From: Callorhinchus milii | Lineage: Eukaryota | Reading direction: 5' to 3' | Length of the DNA stretch: 64,000 nt | NCBI RefSeq assembly: GCF_018977255.1 | Contig: NW_024704742.1 | Location: 24,554,001 to 24,618,000, forward strand | Shown here: positions 12,239 through 24,400 of the stretch, piece by piece | Position numbering within the stretch: the stretch's first letter is position 1 | Layout of the letters: every line of letters begins with the position of its first letter | Made by a program: the position numbers and the translations under genes | The notes under the pieces: generated by a model | Told to the model about the DNA's origin: nothing | The model's database searches: none | What the model saw: the letters and a program-made list of their open reading frames with translations, nothing else

Positions 12239-13993
12239 GGTTGTATGTTGTAATTTAATGTTGGTGGACGGCGGTAGGTGGACTTATTTTTGTCCTTCTG
12301 ACCCGAAGCACAGGATGCATGATGCGCTGTTTAAGCTTTTCACCTTGGTCTTCTGAATTGCGTCTGGGGCCTTGCATTGAATGAAATGACATCACCCAGC
12401 ACAGGAATTTACAATTTTGAGAGGGAATTTTGTGTTATTTTGTTTTATTCATTAAAAATGTTTTATTTCTTTTTATTTGCATTAATAAAATATTTTATTC
12501 CCTTAGTCAAATTCTGTTTTAAAATACATATATTTCTTGCTTCTATATTATTTAACCTTTTAGTATCTTCCCCCTTGAACAGGTAGGTCCTGGCTAGAGG
12601 AGAAAGCCTAGCCAGTCCTCAGAGCAGTTGCACCCATGTGCCCCCTCTTACATTTTCAGACAACTTAACTTCAAATGTAACCACATTTGATAGATCAGCT
12701 TCTCAACCAAATGTTTCCTTTACGTAGGTACCTTTCTTGAGCATTTCATTATCAGTACATGTTCCCACCCATAACTTTAGTTTCTCTGCCTTTCATGGAC
12801 AAACTTTAATCCCATTTCATAAGCCTTGCAGACAAAGTGGTCAGTGGTTCATTGTGGCTATCTGACACAAGGCCAGTTACGAATGCATCATCTCATTGTG
12901 GAATTCACCACCTACACTGCAAACTGGATTCCATATCCCTGGAACAGTGTGCGTGTGTGTAATTGTTTGGTGGTCACTATTTCTGCCTTCTGGTTGGTGG
13001 GTCTTCCCTGGAGTCTGTGCATAGTCACGTACAGTTGGCTTGTCTGTGTGGTGCACGAGCTGAGTGCTCAGTCTATTCACGCGTGGAAATCAAAGGGTGA
13101 CTCACAAGGACAGACGATTAAGCGTAGCATTTATATTGCCCCCAGTGTGACTGGGATTTTGGAAAACCCATAGGAGGGGAGGAGGGAGTTCCCTGCTCCT
13201 CAGAAGACGGAGGCAGCATCACATTGCTGTTTTATAGCACTGCTGAAGGCTATCAACAGTGGCAGCTTTATGAGATAAGCGATGAAATGTGGGTGAGGCA
13301 CAAAATTTGGAAACATGAGAGTTGGCAGATGTTGCTTGCCGACCTCTCCTACTCCACCTTTCACAAGCTACAGATCATTCAGAGCTGCAGAGTCCGTCCG
13401 CCTTCTCTTGCACACCAATCTCCGGGAACCCACCACCCCAGCCTTGCCTGACTCCACTTGCTCCCTATCCCCAAACCCCATCTCATTTCTTTGAGATGGT
13501 CGATGTAAAAAGCATATTTAAGTGAAAGTTGTTTTGGATGTTGTTGTTGGCAGAGAAATGTGTTTGGGTTGGCAACAAAATAGGATTGACTCAAATATAT
13601 TAAAATATTCTTGATATTTTAACATGCATGTTCAGTTTATTGTTTAAGAAGGACTTTGGTGTTTGTTTTTAAAAATCCGTAATTAAGCTGTGATATGATT
13701 TGAGGTTTAGTTGCTGGTCAGTCAGTTTTTGCAGCAGCAAATTGAACGTGGCAGGTTAAATGGGCATTATTCAATACAGTGAAACTCACAAGTTGTATCA
13801 ATCAGGATCATAGCATTTATCATGGCTTACGCCAAGTCTGAGCCGCAGGCAAACTGTACAAGTTGTATAAAATCCGGTTTAACCAATCTACACTGTGTAC
13901 GAGTAATTCAGTGCAGCCGGTAAGTGCGCATGCGGGACTTCACCACTACAGCTACTATGTGTGCATGCGGTGACGAGTCAAGACTACGTTGCC

Positions 13994-14225
13994 CGTAGAC
14001 ATGGGGGGCAACTTCCACGTGTATGCGAATGACAGCCACCTGTACCTCTCTGCTGGTGCAATTTTCACAACTGGTACGGTTACCAAGGCATTTCCTACTA
14101 TCTTGTGCAGATGGTATTCACCAGTTCTGAAAGAAATCTTGTTCATGCCCAACTGTGTCGTGCTCCGCCATTGTGGAGCGCTCTGATACACTAGGGGTGC
14201 TGTGTAAATGCAAGTTATTGTTGGA
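13994..14225 (+). mobile_element. Rearranged L2 remnant (degenerate YADD region, foreign 90 bp, L2 tail)
   Basis: GNFHVYANDSHLYLS resembles the L2 RT motif G.NFHMYADDTQLYLS; tail remnant gagcgctctga...ggtgctgtgtaaatgcaagttattgttg. Confidence 0.7.
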
Positions 14226-14543
14226 AGCTTTCTTTGAACACTAAATATTGACCAAGATTTAAATACTTGGGACTTATTTATTGTTCTTGAAAGTATGAAG
14301 TTTCCTCGGGTCCCCTTGAAGCTCTGGGACAGTACGTGCTGTTATACACTGCAGAAGTAATTATCTTGTTTATTTTTAAGGCATTTATGTCATGTTGCGT
14401 GCTGATTCAGCTAATGACCGGTGCAATTTTCACAACTGGCAAAGTTACCAAGGCATTTCCTGCTATCTTGTGTAGTGGTAGTCACCAGTTCTGAAAGAAA
14501 TCTTGTTCACTACTTTTAAGGTTATGCACCTCTCCTTTAACGT

Positions 14544-14888
14544 TTGCATTTGATATAGCATTTAATCATGTAGTTGAGATGTCTCAAAGTACTTCACAGA
14601 ATATTCTGTAAAGTGGATTGACTGTGGATTTTGTGGGCGAAACACGGCAGCTAATTGTGCACAGCAGTGTCCTACAAACAGTCGTGGATTGAGTGTCCAA
14701 TATTTTTAAGGGATTATTGCCCCAGAAAGCGATCAGCCAATCGACTAACAACCATGTTCCTACTTAATGCTAGGTGAACTGAGGCGTGTGGAGTAAGGAA
14801 ACTTGCCTATGGTTTCACCTTGTCAGGAATCGAACGTGGGTCCTCTCGCTTGAGGCGAGTGTTCTAACCGCTAAGCCACAGGTCACCC
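14544..14888 (-). mobile_element. tRNA-derived SINE (long subfamily)
   Basis: Reverse complement of the 26295 type. Confidence 0.88.
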
Positions 14889-15426
14889 AGCCCATCAACT
14901 TTGTCCCTCTGAGAAATGTACACGAAGGACACTTGATTCCCTTCCTTTTTTTGTTGTCTTTCAGCTCCGCTTCTCTTGGAGTTTAGCCTTAGCTCTGAAC
15001 CTTTCACCGGGTACAGCTCAGCTGAGAGGATCTCTTCTGGATGCAATTTTAGAAAAGTTTTCGTATCTGCCAACCAGTGCTCAGACTTAATGTCACACTA
15101 ATCGCCTGTGTTGTTGTTGGCCTTCTGTTATAGAATATGTCTATGCAATTGGTATTTTGCACCTCTTTGGAAGTCGACTTGGTTTAAATTTTGTTGCTAA
15201 CTTAATGCTTATAAGGTTATACAAATACAAGGTCATCTTGCATTGCTTATGTAGCTTGGGTGTGCAGCTGCAGTGAAAAATAGGTCGCACATCAGTGTAA
15301 ATGGTTCATTATGTGCTGCATACGTATGCATTGGCAGGTTGGAAATGACACTCGCAACAATATGAATGCACATTTTCCTGACAAGTTATCCCTGGCCTAA
15401 TTATTTTCATTTCTCTTTGTTTGTAG

Positions 15427-15492
15427 CTCAACAAATCGGCCCACTGCGGAGGCCTTATATTTTCAGCCCCCAATGCTGGATTTTGGTATACA
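15427..15492 (+). CDS. TMEM131L: TMEM131L exon (window exon 1), [22 protein letters not shown]
   Basis: tttgtag acceptor, gtaagt donor, 66 nt, phase 2-2; FQP..LDFGIQ motif. Confidence 0.93.
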
Positions 15493-18400
15493 GTAAGTGC
15501 TATTTATTTGTTTAAAATGTTATTATAATTCCTGAGAAATGAGTGGTAACAGATTTTAGCTCTGTAAATGTGGAGCAGATGATCTTTGAAATCTTTACAG
15601 CACGTAAACCGACCATTCAGCCCATCAAGTCAGCAGCCAGATGGTGTTTATCTCCACATGAACCATGGATTATATTTCCACTCTTGTGCACTCCATATAT
15701 CCTTGAACATTTTTTTTGTTTTTAAGAGCATCTATTCAAATTCCCTTTTAAAATTTATGAACTCTGCTTCTAATGCAAATAGTGTGCTGTGTGACACTTT
15801 TCAAAAAGAGAAGAGTTTCTCCAGGTATCCTGGCCAACAATTCCCCCAAATAAAATTGGTCATTCATTTCATGGTTGTTTTTGAGACGTTAGTGTGTGTA
15901 AATTGGCTGCTGCATTTACCTACAATACACACAGTCAGTACACTTTACGGTATATGCTGTGAAATGCTTTGGAACATCCTCCCGCATGTAAGGCACTGTA
16001 CCTGAATGTGTCATGGCGAAATTAAGGCAAGTTTCCTTACTCCCACTCCGTCTGTTCACCTAGCAATAAGCAGGAATCTAGTTGTTAGTCAACTAACGAA
16101 TCGCTCTCCTCTCTGGGGGCAATAATTCTTTTTTTTTTTTTAAAATGCTCAAAATACTTGTCAACAATCTCCCCAGTAAATTGGTCACTCACTCCCTGGC
16201 TGTTTGTGGGACACTGCTGTGCACAATGGCTGCCACGTTTCTCCCACAAAATAGGCAGCCACTTCACTATATTCTGTGAAGTGCTTTGAGATGTCTTACC
16301 GACATAAGGTGCTATATCAAAAGCAAGTATTATTACCAAATAATAATTTATTACCAAATGTAAAGATTATTATTATCTTGTACTTGTTCAATTCAATCCC
16401 ATTCGATTACAATCATAATTGATAACGTGCTCTTAATTAAAACACCTGAGCATCACAATCTGACTTGCGTGTGTATTGAAGCACAATGCAGATAGTTGAG
16501 CATAAGGGCAGTTAGTGTGCAGCAGGTCATGTGAGTTTTGGCAAGACACCGGGAGAAACTTCCTTCTCTTTTCCGATATGGAATCTTTAATATCCAACTG
16601 AAGAGGTAACTAGGTTTAACATTGCAACTGAAGGGCAACACCTCTGATAATGCATACCCCCAATACTGCACTGGATTGTTAGCGTGGACTATGTGAGTTC
16701 AAAATCCTGACGTGAGACTTTGACCTAACTTTCTGACTGTGGGGCAAGAGTGCTATCATTGAGCGAGGATGGCATATGGTTAGAAGATGATATGGGTTGT
16801 TTCTCTGAGTTGATCTTATCAGTATCTTGGTGTGTTACAAAAATGCAAGTTCTAGCATCACTGCTTATTTATTAATGAATGTCTTCCAGTAATTATTTTG
16901 ATTAGTTGAAGGAAGTTTTACATATTTGTTATAAAACTAATATTAGTTTATTTAGCTGGTTCCCTGGTAATTTCCAAGTGATTTTGGTTTACTTTTATGA
17001 CTTTAAAAGTGCAATTATGTGTAATGTACTTAAATGCAATGTTTTGTTTTTAGGTTCCTCTTTGGCAAATTATTTTCATGAGCTGTTTAAATCTTTCCCT
17101 TTGCATTCAATCTACTTTCAACTAAGGGAATGGGCAGAGATCCAATACTCTGTCTGTTGCTCTTGGCTTTTTCTACCCTATTCTCCAGGGAAATCCTTAC
17201 ACACATGGTTTGCTATGTAGGGAATTGCAGTGAAAACCTGTATAGACTATCACTGCGTGTGAGATTTATTTGAAGTTTTCACTTGCCGCTGTGTTTTAAA
17301 TGACCAGCTAAATCTTCTAGCACAGTCCTGATTTAGTTTGTGCATAAGTAATCAATCTTGAAAAAAAATTGCAATCTTGCTTGTTTCAGTATGTTTATTT
17401 TTAAAACACTGGCATGGTTAAACTTCTAAGAATGAACATGCTATTTTGATAGAAACCAGTCAAAACCATCTCCGGGAGTTTCAATTTTACAGTGGTTACT
17501 GTCAAGTGTAGTGACAATGTATTTTGTAGGTAAATCTGGGACACAGCGAGCTCTCACAGCCATGTGGTGACTGACCAACCAATTTTTCTGGAAGATTGTT
17601 GACTAAGGCGTTAAGAGAAACTTCATTTTGTGTCACACAATCTCGTGTTCATGTGAAGAACAGACAAAGTCCCATCCAAAGGAAGGCACCTCTGATAATG
17701 CAGTGTTCCCTACCACTGCTCTACAGCCTAGACTGAGAGCTCCAAATCTACACCATTCTGATCCACAGAAGAGAGTGCTACCAATGGAGCTCATTATCAA
17801 AACTGTTTTTGCTGAACAAAAGTGGCTAGAAATAACCCAAATAGTGTGTGAATGTGGAATGCAGTGGCCACAAGACAATATATCAAAAATATTCAAGAAG
17901 GAAGTGAATAACTAGATTCTTGGAAATGAAGCATATGAAAAGCTCCAACAATCTAGTAAACTGGTTGAGCAAGTTCATCGGGCCAAGTTACTCCTGTTGC
18001 TTATGTTCTACCATTTATCTGCTTCAGATCTTTGTTCGTTTCCAGCAGTGGGATAAGATTGTACAGAGGAATTTATTTCTACAAATATAGAAACCTAAGA
18101 GTTTTAATTGTGTGCTGATCCAGCAATATAAAAATGTTTAAAATACTAGCAATCTTTTTTTTAGTTTGGGTAGAATTGGATTTGCCATGGTATGATTATA
18201 TCGTACCATGGAATTAGTATTTCTGCAGTGTTGGTTATCTTGGATCACTTTGTATTTGCACATTGTTTGAGATGTACAGTGAACTAAATGCCTGACTGAT
18301 TTCTTTGTTTTGTTTTCTCTTTCTCTCTGTGTTTGTTCCTCCCTGCCCCCACCCTCTTCCTCCCCATTCCTAGGCAAGTGGAGTTGCCCAAAGTCGAGGA

Positions 18401-21400
18401 GTTTTTTATTCACAATCCTAGCTGGGAGTTGCCCGTGACGTTGGTTTCAGGGCTGGCCTCCAGTAGACATTTTCACATGCCTTCTATACATGGCAGGGTA
18501 AGTGTTCATAAGACAGCTCCTGACTGATTCTGAGGTGTGCAGTGTTATCATAACATGAAAAACTGCTGGTTGCAGAAAAAGATGGACAATGATAATCACC
18601 ACCAAAAACCTCTTTTTCTTCTTATCTCTGTGAAGGAAATAGTGAGTTATTCAGCAGTTATTGAACAGGGGGGAAAAAAACATTTATGACTCCCTAGTTA
18701 TTTCACAACATACAGCCACGTGGTTACTTCACTGCTTCCCATCCTTGGCATTGCCACCGACTTCCACAAGACAGGTTGCAATGATTAGATATTAGATATT
18801 AGATTGGATGTGGGTGAAATGCAAACAAATCCACTATACCTCATATATTGGGTATTTTTCTAGTGAAGGATTTCCATAGTTGGATTGGTAATGCAAGGAT
18901 TATAGGAATTAAGTGAGGGGGGAATTATCATTTTTCTTTTTCTCCCTCTTATCTAAGGACAATTAATCTTAATGATGTTTTGAGGTTGGGTATATGTCTA
19001 ATCACTCACTCTCTCCAGAAACAAAACTACCATTCTTGGTGAAAATGATCTTTGGCCTTAATTTGATAATAAATTAACCAATTCATTTTGGGGATGTTGG
19101 GTTTCAATTTCCTGGAAGAGAATGTAAGTTTGTAATATTTTAGTTAATAGTTTACTTTAGTTGATACAGATAGGAAAATGTCATAGAAAGAGGCAGAAAA
19201 ATAAAGATTCAGAGAGAAAGATAGAGTGAGGAAGTGACGAAGAGAGATTTTAACAAATTTTTTTTGTTAATTTACTTTCCTCTTTTCCTCTTTTTTCACA
19301 TCCAAAATAAACCCTGAAAAATATTCAGTCCCCTCCCCTTCTGCTTGGTGCAGAAGGTATAGATTGGGGGTTAAAAGCTTACTCTGTGGGGAAACCTTGA
19401 GGCAAAAACAATGCTAGAATGCTCTGTTGAGCTTTAATAAAATGTGTTTGAAATAGCTACATAATTCAGAAACTTTGGAATGCTTGTACAAGGTTTGCTT
19501 GTACTAACCCAAGTTCTGGCCTTACCAGAGTATCATTGGGAATTTCTCTGCTCTTGCCTTCTGTCGTTCCATCATAGAATTTGGTCATATTTGGGTGTTC
19601 ATTAATTAAAAGTAAATTAGCAACATTTTCTTAATTGACTATATTTTACAAATATGACAATGCAAAGGCTGATTACAGGAAAAACATTTTTTATCTTGAT
19701 ATTTAATAATTCTTGCATTGATATAGTGCCTTACCATGGCATCGCGACATTGCAAAACTTGATTGGCAAGGTCACTTGTCATGATTATGCCATTTTGCAC
19801 ATAGCAATGTCCCACAAACAGCCATGGAATGAATGACCGATTTTTATCTTGGGGATTGTTGGCCAAGACAATGAGGGAATCATCTCTCACTTTTTTAACA
19901 AAGTCCATTTGAACGGGCAGTCAGTACCTCGGTTTAACATGTCATCTGAAGTAGGGTACTTTCAACAGTGCAGCACATTACTGAGCCATGATGAAACCAG
20001 TTTCTTCTTCCCATCCCAGCTTAATATTACCTGTTGTATTGTAACAAAATAGGTTCCCAATTTAGGGCATTCTCATGTTGGGGCCTGTACTCTGCTCTGT
20101 CACTAGCTTCTTGCAGTTGCGGAGGTATATCGTGACTTTATCTCCTTGAAAATGTGGCTAAGTTTGGACATTAACACTATGGAGCACTGAATTTATTAAC
20201 TGCATCAACAAGTCTCCTTTTTCTATTTCCCTCAGTCTCCTCTCCCCAGAACTGTATGCAGTATTGCTAACTGGTTCTGTGAATTTAGCTGGAAACTGAA
20301 GCTCGACAATGTGTGTGTGTTTGTGTGTGTGGGAAAAGATACCTGGCTTGAAAATCTACAAACCTTGCTTTGATTGTGTTTGCAAATGCCACTTATAAAA
20401 TGTTTTCATGCTTATTTTTCTGGTTCATCAATGTTATCACAAGACTTGCTGTGCCCAGCATTTTAATTTGTTTTCTTTTCACATACTGTTTGAGAAAATT
20501 TGTCTACATCCTAAATTACTTGGCTTTTTTCAACTAAGGGAATTGGCCACATTATACAAAAGAATGATTGTTTTTTTTAAATAAAAAAATCATATTAACC
20601 TTTATAACCCATTACTTGCTGTATGAGGTATTAATGATGCAGGTAATGGTCTTTTCAGAAGGAAAAAAATACCAATTCGCATTTATATAGTGCCATTTAT
20701 ATAATGCCTTCCACATTGGGAGAAATTCCCAAGGCACTTAATAATCCCGTCTTGGAACCAGAGCTGGGGGGGTGAAATGATAGCCATTGTAGTGTTTGAA
20801 CTATATGTAAAAACTTTACGCGTGTGTATGTATATGATGCATGAACTTGAATCATCCTCTTATCACACATATTTCCTCTCCACATGTTTGTTCCTCCAGA
20901 TAATTCCAGCAGGGGAGAAAATTCTGTTTAGAATCATCTTCCTTCCTACAGAAGAAGGCAGAGTAGAAAGTTCTTTATTTATAAATACTTCAACCCATGG
21001 GATTCTTGTATATCAGGTTAGTTTTTTTGGAGTATGATGGACTTGAATAGAAATAGGTGGGTGTGGGTTGTTTTGGAGAGCTCGCTGAAAATCCCTATGC
21101 AGAATACACACTGAAGTGCAGAGATAGCATTCTTATGGTGTATAACAAATCTAATGAAACGTTAGCTCCTAGTCCACGCTAGCACTCCTGTGTAATACGG
21201 TCCCGGGTTATTGCTACGTTGTTCGAGGTGGTGTTTGTTCGGATGGACACTAAAAAATTCTTTGACACTGATTGGAAAAGCAGTTTATAACATATTCCTT
21301 GCATTTCATATAGCGCCTCATCACATCGTGAAAGTCTCAAAGTGCTTCACAGAATTTTACTCTGAAATTTATTATTTGTAGACAAACGCAGCAGCCAATT

Positions 21401-24400
21401 TGCACACAGCCCCACAAACAGCCATGAATTTTATTTGGGGCATTGTTGGCCAGGACACCGGGAGAAAATCCGTTCTCTTTTTGAATAGCGCCATGGGATC
21501 TTTAAAGTTCAATGTCTTGGTTTAACGTCTCATCTGCAGGACGGCACCTCTGACAATGTGGCACCCCCGAAACACAGCACAGGAGTATCAGCTTAGATTC
21601 TCCTGGTGTCCCACATTCGGTTCATTGGGAAGGGTGGTGACTAGGGTGATGTTCTGGCCTTGTGAACTGAAAGAATAGCTGGTAAAATTGGTAAAAATAT
21701 TTATTGTGTAACAGTACCCATTTATACGTGGGTAGCTGAGGGTGCTTGGATATTTCGGGTGCCTTTGAGTACATCTGACATCAATAAAAGTCTGCTTTCT
21801 CACTTCATTTTCATTTTTTTTAAAAATGCTAGTCAAGATGTTCTTTTCTTTGTTTATAAATTCAGATTCTATACTGACCTGTGAAAATGAAAGCTGTACT
21901 TGTGTCTTGTGACTCAATTACGGGAACTCCCTCCTCATCGGCCTTCCCAACTCTTTTCTTCACAAGCTGCAGATCATCCAAAACTCTGCAGCTCGTGTCC
22001 TCTCACGCACCAGGCTCCGCGACCCCATCACTCCCACCCTCGCCCAACTTCACTGGCTCCCCATCCCCCAGAGGATCAAGTTCAAGATCCTTGTCCTCAC
22101 CTTTAAGGCCATCCATGGCCTTGCCCCCTCCTACCTCTCTGACCTGCTGACTCCCTACCAACCTGCCCACTCCCTTCGTTCAGCGGGCTCCAGCCTACTC
22201 CATGTCTCCCGCCCGACCCGCCCTACCATCGGTGGCCGGGCTTTCTGCCTCTCTGCCCCACACTCTGGAACTCCATCCCATGATCCCTTTGCCTCACTTC
22301 CTCCCTTGCCTCCCTCAAGGCCAGGCTCAAGATCCTTCTCTTCGACCGTGCCTTAGGTCGCCCTCCCACCTCTCTGCCTTCCCTCACCCCTACACCACCC
22401 CTCCCCCACGCTCAAGTCCCGACACCTGACTGTTCAGCGCTTTGGACGTCCTCCCGACGTGAAAGGCGCTCTATAAATATCATTTTGTTGTTGTTGTTGA
22501 TGTGCTTGATCTCACGTCTTTAAACTAAAAACACATTTTTTTCCAAGATGTTTGGTGTTGGTGTTCCCAGCAGTCAGGTAGCAGTAGATGATCAAGATCA
22601 CTTCAATGCCAAACCTGTACTGTTTCCATATATCCAAAAGGTTCAGTTAACACATCTTCAGGTGGGTGCCTGGTTCTCTGACCTGTCTTGATTATTTGAC
22701 CAAAACTTTAGCAATCTGTAATTTATTACTCTTATCGCAAAGATAACTTCCTTTTTTCTTTGTGTGCATATTTATTTCATAGCCATCCATTTACAGAGCT
22801 GAAATACTTATTTTTATGTGTTGCATTTTGTCACCTAGTGGAAATTAATATATTTTTAAAAATCTCGGTACTAGAGTAATTCTAACCTGACTGATTGCTT
22901 ATAATAGAGTTAGTAGTATTCCTATGCATCCCAAATCTTGATGCTACATTTGTATTGCGTGTTTGGAAGAAAATAGCCGTGCTTTTAGTGGTCGAATCTG
23001 ACAAATATGCCGAATAAATGGGTGAATCTTGTGTGTGATTGGAGTGAGGCTCATGCCCCCATGGGAGGAGGTGGTTTCAGGAGCAGAATGATTTGCATAC
23101 ATTACGGTATGAACATAACTGATGTGAATTGTGCTGGTTTCTTCCCACTGCTGTCCATTGAAGGTTCTTTGGCAAGGAGGCCAAGAGCTCTCTGGGTTTA
23201 GTTTTCTGATGCTGGTGGATCGCGGGATTCGCTTTTTAGTAACATTTTAGACCAAAAATATTTTAGTTTGGATGTTTTAAGTTTTTTTTAATCCTCATGG
23301 ACAGTAATATGATGTGGAGGGTGAAGAAGTATAAACAAGGCTCTACTCCACATCTCTATAAAGCAGGGAGCAAATATGTACCCTGCACGTTTCCCCTATT
23401 GTTTAGTGCGTAACAGCACCTCCTACTGTACACCGAGCCATTGATTGACTGGAAGGTCACAGTTTTGGATACTGATCTGTAATGAGTTAGTTTATTGCAG
23501 ATGGGGCAGCAGTGAGGTTTAGAGAAGGGAAAATTGGTCAGGGTTCCTGCTCCCGATTACTATCTGCTGACTCCTGCTGAAAAGTGTGATCCTCCCGATC
23601 CAGTAAAGTGAATGCGCTCAGCCTTCTTTATCCTAGTTGTATATGCTGCTGTGACTTGCTCTCTACAATCGCCACTGAAGGGCCACTTTGCCTGTGGAGC
23701 TCTTACCCTAGAAACAGTCAGCACACTTAGGAGGGGAGAGAATCGACTTCTTAAAGAGGCTGATTTGCATATGGAGCACTACAGAATTGGAAAACCAATG
23801 TTCTTGCCACATTTTCATGTTTGTATTTATCTGCCTAGGAAAACACTGTGAATTGCAGCCTGTTCGAGCTGCATTTTGAGCTTTCTCTGCCATTACACGT
23901 CTATCAAAACCTCCAGGTATGTCAGTTTGGCTATATGGATGAGGCTTTGTCTTGGTGGTTTTGTATTTGATATGTGCAAGCTACAGTTTGAAACTAAATT
24001 GAATTAGGTGCAAATACCAGTTTATAATAATAATCCTTGCATTTGATATAGCCAGATGTCTCAAAGTGCTTCACAGAATATACTGTAAAGTGAATTTTAC
24101 TAAGACCAAATTGAATTTTGAAGTGTGGATTGCCTGTTGGATCGAGTGGAACAGCCATTCTAAAGCTGATCTGTGACATTGTATGTGTAGAGGCCAATTT
24201 GTGAAATGTTCCACTTCAATTGCAAGACCTTGCCTTTGTATTCATGCTTTTGAATTGTCTGAATCATGGGGCTAGATTGAGTAAACATTGGCTGTGCTAA
24301 GTGGTACATTGTGTAGTAAAGAAAAAGTTCTGCAGTAGGTGGCCTAACCTATTTGCCCTGCTAGGAACTGAACACTCCGCCTCTGTGCATTACAGTAGTG

